DNA of 64,000 nt from an uncultured Bacteroidota bacterium (GCA_963831005.1 CAWHOW010000027.1:45002-109001), one strand, 5' to 3'. Numbered from the stretch's first letter, positions 37,411 to 47,888 are shown. The notes: generated from the sequence alone by a model not told the origin. Made by a program: numbers and translations.

Positions 37411-39144
37411 TTAATTATTCGTTTTTTGAAGTTCCTTTTCCGCTGTAGCTTTAAGCTGATATGCTTTTTCATCATCAGGATTTAACTTAATGATCATATT
37501 GCAATCAGCTAATACTGCTTTAAAATCTTTTAATTTATATTCTGTAATAACCCTGTTAACATAAGCTTCAAGGTATTTTGGATTTATTTCAATAGCCCTG
37601 TTGAAACTGATCATTGCTTCATGATAATTACCGGCAGCACCCATTACTGAGCCTTTATTATTAAATGCCTCTGCATAGTTTGAACGAATTGATATTGCTT
37701 TATTAAAATCATGAATAGCTTCCTGAAGATTTCCTAAATTGTTATTAGCAACTCCCCTGGTATTATACGCTTCTTCATAATCAGGACAAATAATAATTGC
37801 TTTACTGAAATCATCACTGGCAGCTTCATATTCACTTCTTGCCATCTTTAGGACTCCCCTGTTATAATATGTTATTGCGGAATTAGGATTGAGCGAAACG
37901 GCCCTATTATAAAAGGTAATCGGGTCGGAATATGAACGTGATTTTATAAAAGTAAAAGAACAGAGTACAATAAAAATGGCTGTAAGCAGCCCATATATCT
38001 TTATATTGTTTTGTTCAAACCATCTTCGTGGAAAAAGAAATAGAATGAATAACAATATTCCGATTAAAGGAAGAAAGAAACGGTGATCGAGGTAATCTAT
38101 ATGGGGATGTTTATATATCATGGGAGGTAACATTAAAATTAAGAACCATGACAAACAAAATATTTTTTCTTTTATCGTCCTTTCACGATTCTTGAAGAGT
38201 AAATAAATAATCAGTATAATAATTAATGAACCTGTTAATGTTTTAAAAAGAGAAAAGTCGGGAAATGGATCAAATCCGAATGAAACAAAAAGCTTTGTTA
38301 TAGATTCGGGTATCGTTTGTAAATTTGAAATAATTGCAGTAATTCCAAACTCTGCGCTTGGATCATACGTATTTCCGATTGCCCGGAAGCGCATCCAATA
38401 CCAGTATGTCCCTGAAACAGCATAAAGAAGAAGAATAAAGAGATGCTTCTTTTTAAATTGTTTTTCATGTGAAATAGTAAAGTAATATACAATAAATAGA
38501 AAAGGAAGAAATGCCGCAGTTTCCTTACAGAATAATGCGATTGTGAAAGATAGCCAATTCAAGAGCAGGTATCTTATCTTTCCCTTTTGAAGGAATTCAA
38601 TATAAAACAAAAAAGATAATAAAGAAAAAACTAAAAGCAGCAAATCACCTCTTGCCGGTATCCACGCTATTGATGATACAAATAACGGATGCGCACAATA
38701 AATCAAAGCGCTGAATAATGCTAAAGCAGGAGTTATTATGAACTTCTTAAGTAAAATAAAAAGCAAACAGGATATAAGGCCTAAAAGCAGAATATTGGAA
38801 AGATGAAACATCCATGCATTGTTCCCCCCGGACAATTGTATATCCACCATGTAAGATAAAGTTTGTAGTGGACGATAAAAAGAACTTGTCTTTATGATGA
38901 AAGCATCTGTAAGGAATGCCTTGTGACAGTTTCCAAAATGACTCAGAAAAGCATAATTATTGATTATTATTGAGTCGTCGTCAAAATAAGTAAAACCGAA
39001 TTTTATAGTTTGCAGGTAAAGCAAAACAGGTAAGCAAAAAGCAATTATTATTATTATTGGGTACTTTTTGCTTTTAGAAATACTTGAGGAGATTGTTGTT
39101 AAGGCAATGCCAGGTTGTTGATTACCTTGATGATTCAATTTCAT
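37411..39144 (-). CDS. TMTC-like GT-C glycosyltransferase with C-terminal TPR repeats (paralog 2)
   Basis: Collinear with paralog 1 (FTYFDDDSII, YRPLQTLSYMVD, SIAWIPARGD, DYLDHRFFLPLIGILLFILF) plus TPRs. Confidence 0.75.
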   Translation of the reverse strand: MKLNHQGNQQPGIALTTISSSISKSKKYPIIIIIAFCLPVLLYLQTIKFGFTYFDDDSIIINNYAFLSHFGNCHKAFLTDAFIIKTSSFYRPLQTLSYMVDIQLSGGNNAWMFHLSNILLLGLISCLLFILLKKFIITPALALFSALIYCAHPLFVSSIAWIPARGDLLLLVFSLLSFLFYIEFLQKGKIRYLLLNWLSFTIALFCKETAAFLPFLFIVYYFTISHEKQFKKKHLFILLLYAVSGTYWYWMRFRAIGNTYDPSAEFGITAIISNLQTIPESITKLFVSFGFDPFPDFSLFKTLTGSLIIILIIYLLFKNRERTIKEKIFCLSWFLILMLPPMIYKHPHIDYLDHRFFLPLIGILLFILFLFPRRWFEQNNIKIYGLLTAIFIVLCSFTFIKSRSYSDPITFYNRAVSLNPNSAITYYNRGVLKMARSEYEAASDDFSKAIIICPDYEEAYNTRGVANNNLGNLQEAIHDFNKAISIRSNYAEAFNNKGSVMGAAGNYHEAMISFNRAIEINPKYLEAYVNRVITEYKLKDFKAVLADCNMIIKLNPDDEKAYQLKATAEKELQKTNN

Positions 39145-39182
39145 ACTTTTCCACCCGCATTAAAAGTTAACCAGAAATTAGA

Positions 39183-40274
39183 TCAAAGTTTTATGAAACG
39201 AATGCTTTCAGATTCTTTTCCATTATCCATATTTATAATATAAACTCCTTTACTTAAAGTTGCTGACCCTATATTAATTATATTCTTTCCCGAAGAAAAA
39301 TCTTTTTCAGTGACAGATACAAGCTTACCTACAACATCAAAAATGGAAAATTTAACTTTTGATGCTTGAAGTAAATTGAAATCTAAAACCGACTTATCTG
39401 TTACGGGATTTGGCGAGATAATAGTCATCATGTTATTTCCCTGAACTTCGCAGATATCCATTACAGGACTTCCTGCCTGAATCCATGCAGTATACATCAA
39501 TTCTGCAAGTGAATGGGAAGCATTATACCAAAGTAATTTAGTAAAACTTCCTGTTTTATTATATAAAGCCTGATAATATTGGGTTGAAGTATTGTTCCCT
39601 GCAAGTGCCTGAGCATAATCGTCTGCTGCAAAAATACTATCGATGTATGTGTAATCAATGTATAAATAATCGAAAATATATTTTTGAACATCAGTTATTA
39701 CATGAACAGTATCACCGGGATAATTCTCAAGATAAGAAATATAATCATCAACCATATCTGTTTCATATCGAGCATGTATACCGCTTTGACTTGTGGTCAT
39801 TCCATCATAATTTTTCGTAATGTGTAATGGTTGATGTCCATCTCCAACATAATGTCCAAGATCAGAAGCATGCAGCATTGCATGGCGCCAGTCGTGTTGT
39901 TGGAAAGCAAGAACCAGTGAATCATACATGGTCTTTGTTGCCCAAGGCAAAATTCCATTGGTAGTAACAAAACTTGATCCGTGTATTGCAACCACTGAAT
40001 CATAGGTTGAAGGAATATATCCTGTAGTATTAAATTCAGAATAATTGTCAATATCAATATAATGTCTCTTGCTTTCATTAGGATCCCAACTCTTTCGGTT
40101 ATCGGCATCCGAACCATGATTGGCAAGTGAATCAGCCCATACCAGATATGAACTCATAGATGTAGGAAATGATTCTGTGGAATTGTGATTTATCCAGTAA
40201 TGTCCTTCTACTCCCCAGCTAATGCATAATATGGCGAGTCCGAACATGCTTAATAAAATAACTAGTTTTTTCAT
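39183..40274 (-). CDS. S1/P1-type zinc nuclease with a T9SS C-terminal sorting domain
   Basis: The mature N-terminus is WGVEGH. There are HYIDID and LGHYVGDGHQPLH metal-ligand motifs and a C-terminal PNPVTDKSVL...GVYIINM CTD. Confidence 0.75.
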   Translation of the reverse strand: MKKLVILLSMFGLAILCISWGVEGHYWINHNSTESFPTSMSSYLVWADSLANHGSDADNRKSWDPNESKRHYIDIDNYSEFNTTGYIPSTYDSVVAIHGSSFVTTNGILPWATKTMYDSLVLAFQQHDWRHAMLHASDLGHYVGDGHQPLHITKNYDGMTTSQSGIHARYETDMVDDYISYLENYPGDTVHVITDVQKYIFDYLYIDYTYIDSIFAADDYAQALAGNNTSTQYYQALYNKTGSFTKLLWYNASHSLAELMYTAWIQAGSPVMDICEVQGNNMMTIISPNPVTDKSVLDFNLLQASKVKFSIFDVVGKLVSVTEKDFSSGKNIINIGSATLSKGVYIINMDNGKESESIRFIKL

Positions 40275-40309
40275 AATTTCAAATTTTAGTAAAATATAAT
40301 TAGATTGCT

Positions 40310-40771
40310 TTAATTTTTGCCTGACTTTTCAAGTTTTTCCAAAATTTCCATCATCACTTTATTCTGGTTCTCCAAATGCATGAGTATAGTTTCTATCTCA
40401 AGTTCAGCTTTTGTATTCACTTCAAAATCGGCTTCAGCCCTTGCTTCCGCATGCTGAGATTGCAAATTTTGTCCTATCATAATCAATGGCATCAGGAAAA
40501 TTTGTAGCACATTTGAAATGAATAGCCATAGTACAAAAGCCGGATAAGGGTCAAAACGCATACCTTCAGGGCCTAATGAATTCCAGCTAAGCCAAATGAT
40601 AGTCCATATAAAAACTATAAAGAAGAATCCCATAGTTCCTACATTATTTGTGATCCATAATGCTAATTTATCCATAGAGGATAAATGTTTTCTATGTTCT
40701 ATATTGGCATTGCGAATAGGTTTACTAAGTTTCTTTAACTCAGCAAGGAGTTTAGGTTTGTGCGATTCCAT
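40310..40771 (-). CDS. DUF1003-like small membrane protein
   Basis: Two TM helices followed by the QNLQSQHAEARAEADFEVNTKAELEI coiled segment typical of DUF1003. Confidence 0.6.
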   Translation of the reverse strand: MESHKPKLLAELKKLSKPIRNANIEHRKHLSSMDKLALWITNNVGTMGFFFIVFIWTIIWLSWNSLGPEGMRFDPYPAFVLWLFISNVLQIFLMPLIMIGQNLQSQHAEARAEADFEVNTKAELEIETILMHLENQNKVMMEILEKLEKSGKN

Positions 40772-40781
40772 AATGAATTTA

Positions 40782-41240
40782 TTAAGAGTGAAATTTCTTT
40801 AGTAATTCTTCCAGATAAGAAGTTGCATCGCAAACACAACTCATACACACCTTTTGATGCAGTTCGTGTTCTTCATAAAATTGTTGTCCTTCTAAAGTGT
40901 TCAGGTCGCAATTCAACAAGTCGCGGCATTTTACAGATCTGTATTTTTCCTTGAACCTATTTATGAATTGTGAAATAGTATAATAAACGCGTTCTTTATT
41001 AGTAGTAATATCTTCTTCTTTATTACTTACAGCCATACCTATTGCCACAATTCCGCCAGTCACGGCACCGCAAGTGTTTTGCATACGCGCCATACCGCCC
41101 CCAAATCCGCTTGTAATTTTTATTGCAATATTCTCATTGAGATTAAGTTCATGTGCAAAAGCAACTAAAACTGATTGTGCGCAATTATAACCTGAGTCAA
41201 AAAACTTTGATGCAATTTCTTGTTTAGTCATAAGATTCAA
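40782..41240 (-). CDS. C_GCAxxG_C_C family protein (putative redox-active)
   Basis: YNCAQSVL, GFGGGMARMQNTCGAVTGG and C-terminal CRDLL...CMSCVC cysteine signatures. Confidence 0.7.
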   Translation of the reverse strand: MNLMTKQEIASKFFDSGYNCAQSVLVAFAHELNLNENIAIKITSGFGGGMARMQNTCGAVTGGIVAIGMAVSNKEEDITTNKERVYYTISQFINRFKEKYRSVKCRDLLNCDLNTLEGQQFYEEHELHQKVCMSCVCDATSYLEELLKKFHS

Positions 41241-41253
41241 ATGTTACATTTGA

Positions 41254-41739
41254 TTAAACATTTCCAATTAGTTCTTTTACCATCTCGCTAACTTCTTCAA
41301 GAATTTCAGGATACCTTGCCTGAACTTGTGGTGTGAAATCGTTGCTGAATACCATATCCTCTACTATCTCAATAGCAATAATATGTACTTTTTCAGGAGT
41401 TGGTATATCCAGTTTTTTAGCCAGTTTCAAGGAAGTTAAGAAAGATATATCATGGATATTTGATAGGTGTGAAGTCTCTTTAAAATCCTCCGGTTTGAAT
41501 TGATAAACAGCCCCGGGAATCCCATTCAGTGTTTTAATAGCATCAATTAAGATGACCATTTTGAAATCCTTGATATATTCAATTATTTCAAGTCCGCCAA
41601 GGGAAAGCGTATCGTAAATGATATTAGGAAAAGGGAATTTCTTTTCAAGGACTTTTGTTATCTTTATTCCAATACCATCATCAGTCAGTATATCGTTTCC
41701 CATACCAAGTATGAGAATTTTATTTTCATTCATTTGCAT
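41254..41739 (-). CDS. Hydrogenase maturation endopeptidase (HyaD/HybD/HycI family)
   Basis: ILILGMGNDILTDDGIGIK N-terminus, VILIDA and SNIHD motifs matching the metal-binding Asp/Asp/His pattern of the family. Confidence 0.7.
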   Translation of the reverse strand: MQMNENKILILGMGNDILTDDGIGIKITKVLEKKFPFPNIIYDTLSLGGLEIIEYIKDFKMVILIDAIKTLNGIPGAVYQFKPEDFKETSHLSNIHDISFLTSLKLAKKLDIPTPEKVHIIAIEIVEDMVFSNDFTPQVQARYPEILEEVSEMVKELIGNV

Positions 41740-41832
41740 TCCATTTTAAATTGGGATGCAAGATAGTAAAATACTGCGAATTTTAAGGCAAGGCTTTTAA
41801 ACTCATACCTCTTAAAGAAATTTTAAAGAGTG

Positions 41833-42561
41833 CTAATCTGCCTTTTTAATCGAGCCAACACCAGATATAGATTGAGAAACAGATGGATTGCCTTTATATA
41901 GTACCGAAGCGGCTCCCGAAATATCAACATCCAACTTATTACTTACATTAACATCAGCTTTACCTGCCCCTGAACTGGTTAGTTTAAAATCCTTAGCAAC
42001 CAGTTCAAATGCTCTTATGTCGGCAGCGCCAGATAGCTCAGCATTGACATTTTCAGCGTTCCCTTTCAAGTTGAGGTCGCCGGAACCGCTGCAACTAATT
42101 TCTAAGCTTTGCACATCAAGGTCAAGTATCAAATTCCCCATCCCACTTATATCTATATTTAATTCTTTCGAAGTTAATTTATTTAAGGTTTTCAAATCTG
42201 CCTCACCTGATAAATCAATACCCGAGATATTCGGTGTTGTGATATTTACTGTCAGTCCTTTTGAACTGCAAATTGGTTTTTTATTTTCGATGATAAGCTT
42301 ATTTCCTTCAGTCCTTGTAATAATCAATGATTGCAGGTTTTCATCTGCTTCAACTGAAACAGAAGTAATGCTATCCTGTTTCAGAACGATGGAATACGCT
42401 CCCGAAACTTCAAGCTTGCTAAAGGCATCTGTTTTCCTGTCCTGTTTGACAATTTTCCCATTCCCTTTTTCGCAGTTTATGTTGACAAAGCAACTTGTAA
42501 GTACTACGCAGCTTACTGCAATAAATAAGAATAACAAAGCTGTTGTTGTGATCTTTTTCAT
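41833..42561 (-). CDS. Lipoprotein with a DUF2807 / head GIN-like beta-solenoid domain
   Basis: Signal peptide with Cys (LTSC) and repeated ISG(S/A)G(D/A) strands. Confidence 0.6.
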   Translation of the reverse strand: MKKITTTALLFLFIAVSCVVLTSCFVNINCEKGNGKIVKQDRKTDAFSKLEVSGAYSIVLKQDSITSVSVEADENLQSLIITRTEGNKLIIENKKPICSSKGLTVNITTPNISGIDLSGEADLKTLNKLTSKELNIDISGMGNLILDLDVQSLEISCSGSGDLNLKGNAENVNAELSGAADIRAFELVAKDFKLTSSGAGKADVNVSNKLDVDISGAASVLYKGNPSVSQSISGVGSIKKAD

Positions 42562-42724
42562 CTGTGTATTTTTTTTGTTTTTTTAAGGTCAGATGGAATA
42601 CGCCATGTAATATTCATTCTGACTATTGTTACCTTTATTGCTCATGGCTATTTCATGTTTTAATTTTTATGATTAGTTATTCCTGTGACGAAATGAATAT
42701 ATCATTTGTTACAATAAATTCTCT

Positions 42725-44629
42725 TTATCTCAGAGATTCGCGTTTCGTACGGTAATAATCAGCCTTTGCATAATCTTTCTTCAATTCATAAACTTGTACA
42801 AGGTTATCATATATATTCGGGTTATTTGGATTTAATGCAACCGATCTTTCATAGTATTTAATAGCTTCATCGTAATTGCCTTTGTTAACCATTATTACTC
42901 CAATGTTCAAGAGGGCAACAGCATCTTTTGGGTTCAGCTTAAGGGTTTTATTAAAATAATAATATGCAGAATCATAATTCTGCTGATTAAAGAATATTAC
43001 TCCTATGTCGTTAATTGCTGACAAATTTGTTGTATCGTATCTCAGGCAATGTTTAAATGCGTTTTCAGATTCCGCTGTGCTTTTCAGGTTATAATAACAC
43101 ACTCCCAGATCATACCATATTGCAGCTTCCCTAGGATAGATTGCAATGCTTTTTTTGTATTCACTTACAGCTTCTGATAATAATTCACTTTTAGCAGAAG
43201 GATCAACTACACTTTCACTTTTCAATTTTAGCACAATCCCATCATTGTTATGCAGTCTGAAACTGCTTGGCATGTTTTGCACATCTGTTTTGAACAGGTG
43301 GTCATTATCTTGCCAGTCTGCATTTCTGTTAATTGTCTTAAAAGAATAAAGAAATATAATTATTCCTAAAGTCGCGTAAAGCGAAACTAATCCTGTTTTC
43401 TTATTATTGGTTATATCTATTTTAAATAGTTTAACAAGAGCAAGTCCTATAATGATACAAAAACCCAGTGATGGTGTAAATAAGAACCTTTCAGCCATTG
43501 AAGAACCGATTATTTTGAAAATGTTTGAAGTAGTGGAGAATGTTATAAGGAAAAATAAAATAGCAAATGAAAAATAGTTCTTCTTCCTGAAAGTAACAAT
43601 TGCAAAAACCAAAGCACCTGCATAGACAAGAAATGATACAAATGCTTCCGGGTTTCCCCATCCAATAATAGGCATGGAATTATAAGAGTAGTCGCAGGAC
43701 AATGTAATAGGGAAAATTAAAAGCATTAAATATTTACCAAGCATGGAGAAAGTAGTGGCAAGCCTGTCGGAATAATTATCTGTTGACATAAGTGAATTGT
43801 TTATCATTTCAACTTTTGTGCTTAATGTGACAGCATCAATTACGGCATATCTTATCAGCAGATACAGTGATAATGTCGCAAAATAGGGAATAATAAAAAT
43901 AAGGGAATCCTTCAAATTCGTTTTTGTAAAATAAAATATCACCATTGGAAACAGGAGAAAGAATGTTATTGCATTTTCTTTCGACAATAGAGAAAGAAGA
44001 TAAAAGATGCAGCTAATTATAAGTTTGAAGATATTTTTCTTTTCAACATACATCATCATCAGATATAAGCTGCATACAAAGAACAGGAAACACAGTATTT
44101 CGTCACGACTCTTGATATTTGCCACAGCTTCCGTATGTATTGGATGTGCTGAATAAAGCAGTGTGATAATAAGCGGCAGCAGAAAATTGTAAGTATTGTA
44201 TAGCTTTCTTAGCAATAAAAATAAAACAACACAGCTCAATGAGAACAGCAGTACATTTATGAAGTGATGATTATGCGGCTTGTTACCATATAGATATATT
44301 TCAAATGCCATGCTCAACAATGTAATGGGGCGGTAGGTATCAGTGTTTATTCCATTAAAACCATAGGTGTAACCTTTGGTGAATATCTCTTTTACACTGT
44401 GAAGCTTATTTTGAACATATTTGTTATTCCCGCAAATAACCATATCATCAAAGGCATAGTTATTCTTTATGGAATTGGAATAGATCAAAAATGAAAATAT
44501 GAATATGATAATGGCAATTGTAATATCTTTCTTAGACCGTTTTTCCTCTTTATTGTTAATTCTCTGCTGCGCAGGTTTAACATTTTTATTCCCGTTCTTG
44601 TTGCCTATATCCTTTTTCAGTTTTGCCAT
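42725..44629 (-). CDS. TMTC-like GT-C glycosyltransferase with C-terminal TPR repeats (paralog 3, divergent)
   Basis: YAFDDMVICGNN, YRPITLLSMAFE, a polytopic core and about 5 C-terminal TPRs. Confidence 0.7.
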   Translation of the reverse strand: MAKLKKDIGNKNGNKNVKPAQQRINNKEEKRSKKDITIAIIIFIFSFLIYSNSIKNNYAFDDMVICGNNKYVQNKLHSVKEIFTKGYTYGFNGINTDTYRPITLLSMAFEIYLYGNKPHNHHFINVLLFSLSCVVLFLLLRKLYNTYNFLLPLIITLLYSAHPIHTEAVANIKSRDEILCFLFFVCSLYLMMMYVEKKNIFKLIISCIFYLLSLLSKENAITFFLLFPMVIFYFTKTNLKDSLIFIIPYFATLSLYLLIRYAVIDAVTLSTKVEMINNSLMSTDNYSDRLATTFSMLGKYLMLLIFPITLSCDYSYNSMPIIGWGNPEAFVSFLVYAGALVFAIVTFRKKNYFSFAILFFLITFSTTSNIFKIIGSSMAERFLFTPSLGFCIIIGLALVKLFKIDITNNKKTGLVSLYATLGIIIFLYSFKTINRNADWQDNDHLFKTDVQNMPSSFRLHNNDGIVLKLKSESVVDPSAKSELLSEAVSEYKKSIAIYPREAAIWYDLGVCYYNLKSTAESENAFKHCLRYDTTNLSAINDIGVIFFNQQNYDSAYYYFNKTLKLNPKDAVALLNIGVIMVNKGNYDEAIKYYERSVALNPNNPNIYDNLVQVYELKKDYAKADYYRTKRESLR

Positions 44630-44676
44630 TGTTCCTGTTTATCTTGTGCTGCAAGCAATATAAAATTGATTATAAA

Positions 44677-45213
44677 TTACCGATTAAAATTAGCCGTTTC
44701 CCTGTAAAGTTTCTTTAATATCTTATCGCTGCATGTTTTGAATGCACCCGAGTTCTTGTCCGACTGGTCAAGTATTGCAAATATCAATTCGTTTTTTAGT
44801 TCGGGTTCTTTATTTGATATTTGATAAAGTATCTCAAGTGAATATGATTTCACTGCCACCGTTTCTTCATATGAAGCCATAAAAGCAAAACAGGCATTTA
44901 TCAGCAAGCACAAAACTCTTTCATTATTTAGGTCACTATGCCGTGTGAAAATCTTAAGAAAGCAACGTTTCACACCAACTACTTCAAAGCCGGATAGAGC
45001 TTTTATTATTTTAGAATAATATGGTCGAATAAGGGCTGGTTGCTGCGAATCTATAATTTCTACAGTATTAGCAGCCCTCAGCGAGATGGGGTATTTATCT
45101 GCAAAAGCCAGTTTGATCAATGCAGGAATAATATCCCTTCTCTGCACAGCCACATCTGCTGCATGTATAGCGGTCAGCTTTCCTGTATCAGGTAATAGAT
45201 CTTCCAAGTTCAC
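44677..45213 (-). CDS. Hypothetical helical-repeat protein
   Basis: 178-aa ORF with no recognised motif. Confidence 0.4.
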   Translation of the reverse strand: MNLEDLLPDTGKLTAIHAADVAVQRRDIIPALIKLAFADKYPISLRAANTVEIIDSQQPALIRPYYSKIIKALSGFEVVGVKRCFLKIFTRHSDLNNERVLCLLINACFAFMASYEETVAVKSYSLEILYQISNKEPELKNELIFAILDQSDKNSGAFKTCSDKILKKLYRETANFNR

Positions 45214-45279
45214 GGCAGTAAAGATAAAAAAAGCAGCTTAGATATTAATCTTCTTAACGAACGCTATCAGTGTTATTAT

Positions 45280-45783
45280 TCAATTGTCACCAGGGTATCT
45301 GTCAAATATCACTTTATCAATCTGGGGAAATTGAAGCAATGTCTTTTCAATAAGCGGGTGAATGATGGAAATACTGTATGAAACTCCTACCCAACCATCA
45401 ATATCTATGTCAAGAAGGACATAAGCAATTTTATTTTCCAGTTTAAAGTAAGCTATTGAAGCATGTTCTGGCCCCCCGGCAGTTGGAATCATTTCAGCGG
45501 CAGCTTCAGCGCTTTCTCTTACGATATCAGTTGTATAAGGAACACGTATCTGCTTTTTAATAAATGGCCATTCATTAGAAGGTGCACCTCCTCCATAAAT
45601 AATGAAATCGGTCATCGAATCAATATAACTGCCAATATCCCTAGGAACCATGATTGTTATTAATATTGAATCGGATTGTTTTGGATTGCCCACATTATCC
45701 TTTCCCTTTGAAAGCTGTATTTGAGATTGTGAAAACGACAGGGTCAGTTTTAAAGTTATTATAAGGAAGATTATATATTTCAT
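45280..45783 (-). CDS. Hypothetical secreted protein
   Basis: Signal peptide; 167 aa; no confident family. Confidence 0.4.
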   Translation of the reverse strand: MKYIIFLIITLKLTLSFSQSQIQLSKGKDNVGNPKQSDSILITIMVPRDIGSYIDSMTDFIIYGGGAPSNEWPFIKKQIRVPYTTDIVRESAEAAAEMIPTAGGPEHASIAYFKLENKIAYVLLDIDIDGWVGVSYSISIIHPLIEKTLLQFPQIDKVIFDRYPGDN

Positions 45784-46052
45784 AGTTCAGTAGTTTAGTA
45801 GTTATCTTATGTTCTATGCATTGAACATGTCTTCGTTATCGCATCAGGATAAACCTTAATGAACAAATTCAAATGGTAATAATGTTTCAAACGTCAAGAC
45901 AATAAAGATAAAAAAACAGTTTGAAATTCTACTTCAATTGCCACATTATTCATGACTGCCAAATAAAAGATAAGTATAGAGAAAACACAAAGTGCACAGA
46001 GAACTGCCCACTGCCTCTAACTCTGGCTAACTATCATTTTTATTAAATAACC

Positions 46053-46595
46053 TCACTTATTCTTTGTCACCCTGTTAAAGATAGTATCCTTCATACTATT
46101 GAACTCCTTTTCATCGTATAACCGGGTAAGGTAGATTATCTTTCCCTGAGGATCAATTATAACGTTGCGGGTTACCCCGGCTTCTTTATTGGCATAAAGG
46201 GAGAAAACCTTGGCATCAGGATCAAGCGCCAGTGGATAGGTAATTTTAGCACTTTGGGCAAATTTAGTAGCCACATCAAGCGGCTCATTTCTGTCAATAC
46301 CAAGCAGTATAAAATCTTTCCCTTTTAACGGAAGCCATATCTCACTTTCAATGTGCGGCATTTCTTTTCGACAAACACTGCACCAACTGGCTGTGAACTG
46401 AAGCATGATAATTTTACCTTTATTCTCTGACAATTTAAATGTCTTGCCATCAATTGTAGTTACAGAAAAATCAGGGGCTGCCTGCCCTACTGTATCAATA
46501 TAACCTCTGTCGTCATCCTGAACTTGTGCAATAATGCTGATGCTGGCCAATAATAAAATTATTATCAATATCTTAGGGCGACTAACTTTCTTCAT
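46053..46595 (-). CDS. TlpA-like thiol:disulfide oxidoreductase (redoxin family)
   Basis: Signal peptide and the FTASWCSVCRKE CxxC motif. Confidence 0.8.
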   Translation of the reverse strand: MKKVSRPKILIIILLLASISIIAQVQDDDRGYIDTVGQAAPDFSVTTIDGKTFKLSENKGKIIMLQFTASWCSVCRKEMPHIESEIWLPLKGKDFILLGIDRNEPLDVATKFAQSAKITYPLALDPDAKVFSLYANKEAGVTRNVIIDPQGKIIYLTRLYDEKEFNSMKDTIFNRVTKNK

Positions 46596-46667
46596 AGTAT
46601 AAAATTTAATTTTCGTTTCAAAGATAGCTGAAATGTGTATGCATTGCTTACACTGCTTAATGAATTA

Positions 46668-47888
46668 TTATTCTTTCACTATCCTTATTACTTCAATCTT
46701 ATCATTACAAATCACTCTCAAAATGTAAACCCCTTTTGAAAGCCTACTAATGTCAATGTCTGTTTTCCCTTGCTGGATTTGTTGTTGTAGAATTATCTGT
46801 CCTTGTATATTTAAAATATCTAATGTTGATTTTTCAATAGTAGCAATAGTAAAATTATTTATTGCAGGATTGGGATAAACATTAATGCCTGCCGATGCCA
46901 AACTATGCGAAGTAACACCTACCGTTACTGTATACGTTGAAATAAAATTACCTAATGAAGTAGGTCCATTACCAACTGCAATTGTATCTGTAACTGCATT
47001 GTTAACACTATCTATTACACTTACAGTATTATTATCTTCATTCGCAACATATATTTTGCTTCCATCGGGGCTTACAGATATACCGACAGGATATGAAGGA
47101 TAAGGGCCAATCGCTATTGTACCCGATACAGTATCGGTAGCAGTGTTTATTATATTTACCGTACCATTATAATTATTATTTGCAACATATACTTTTTTAC
47201 CATTGGGACTGACACATATACCATCTGGTTGACCATTAATTGTAATTTTAGCTATGATAGTATCTGCATCTGTGTTTATTACAATTACTTTATTAGCAGT
47301 TTGATGTGATGTAACATATACCTTTTTCCCATCGGGACTTACACATATACCAACTGGTCCGTAATCAACAGTAATTGTGTCCAGAATAGTATTGGTAGCC
47401 GTGTTTATTACATTTATTGTATTAGCGCCATTATTTGCAACATAAACCCTGCTGCCATCTGGGCTTACACATATACCATCAGGTCCATTACCTACTGTAA
47501 CTGTAGTGGAAACATTATTTGTGGAAGTGTTTATTACACTCACTTTATCAGTTCCGCTATTTGTAACATACACAGTACTTCCATCGGGGCTTACACATAC
47601 GCCGCTTGGTTCGGAACCAACTGAAATTGTAGCCGAAACAGTATTTGTAGCCGTATTTATTACACTTACTTTATCATTGCCCCAATCTGCAATATATACA
47701 GTACTTCCATCGGGGCTTACTGATACTCCGCCTGGAGTAGAGCCGACCGGAATTGTAGCTATCACACTATCCGTCGAAACATCAATAACGGATACCGTAT
47801 TAGCACTGCTATTTGTTATATAAGCAGTTTGCGCATTTGCATTCAAGCCAATTATGGCAAGTATTGAAATAATAAATAACTTCTTCAT
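46668..47888 (-). CDS. YVTN-family beta-propeller repeat protein with a T9SS CTD
   Basis: About 7 repeats of VSVI(D/N)T.TN.V..TI.VG..P.G(V/I)(C/S)VSPDGS.VYV.N, plus a C-terminal VYPNPAINNFTI...GVYILRV. Confidence 0.8.
   Translation of the reverse strand: MKKLFIISILAIIGLNANAQTAYITNSSANTVSVIDVSTDSVIATIPVGSTPGGVSVSPDGSTVYIADWGNDKVSVINTATNTVSATISVGSEPSGVCVSPDGSTVYVTNSGTDKVSVINTSTNNVSTTVTVGNGPDGICVSPDGSRVYVANNGANTINVINTATNTILDTITVDYGPVGICVSPDGKKVYVTSHQTANKVIVINTDADTIIAKITINGQPDGICVSPNGKKVYVANNNYNGTVNIINTATDTVSGTIAIGPYPSYPVGISVSPDGSKIYVANEDNNTVSVIDSVNNAVTDTIAVGNGPTSLGNFISTYTVTVGVTSHSLASAGINVYPNPAINNFTIATIEKSTLDILNIQGQIILQQQIQQGKTDIDISRLSKGVYILRVICNDKIEVIRIVKE

Noticed and set aside
41888-42586. 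232-aa plus-strand ORF
   Set aside because: It lies entirely antisense to the DUF2807 lipoprotein gene, whose repeat structure and lipoprotein signal are convincing. This is a low-complexity mirror translation. The same reasoning applies to antisense ORFs such as 6398-6751, 23884-24330, 32623-33036, 33526-33939, 34018-34334, 47506-47823 and 48601-49102.
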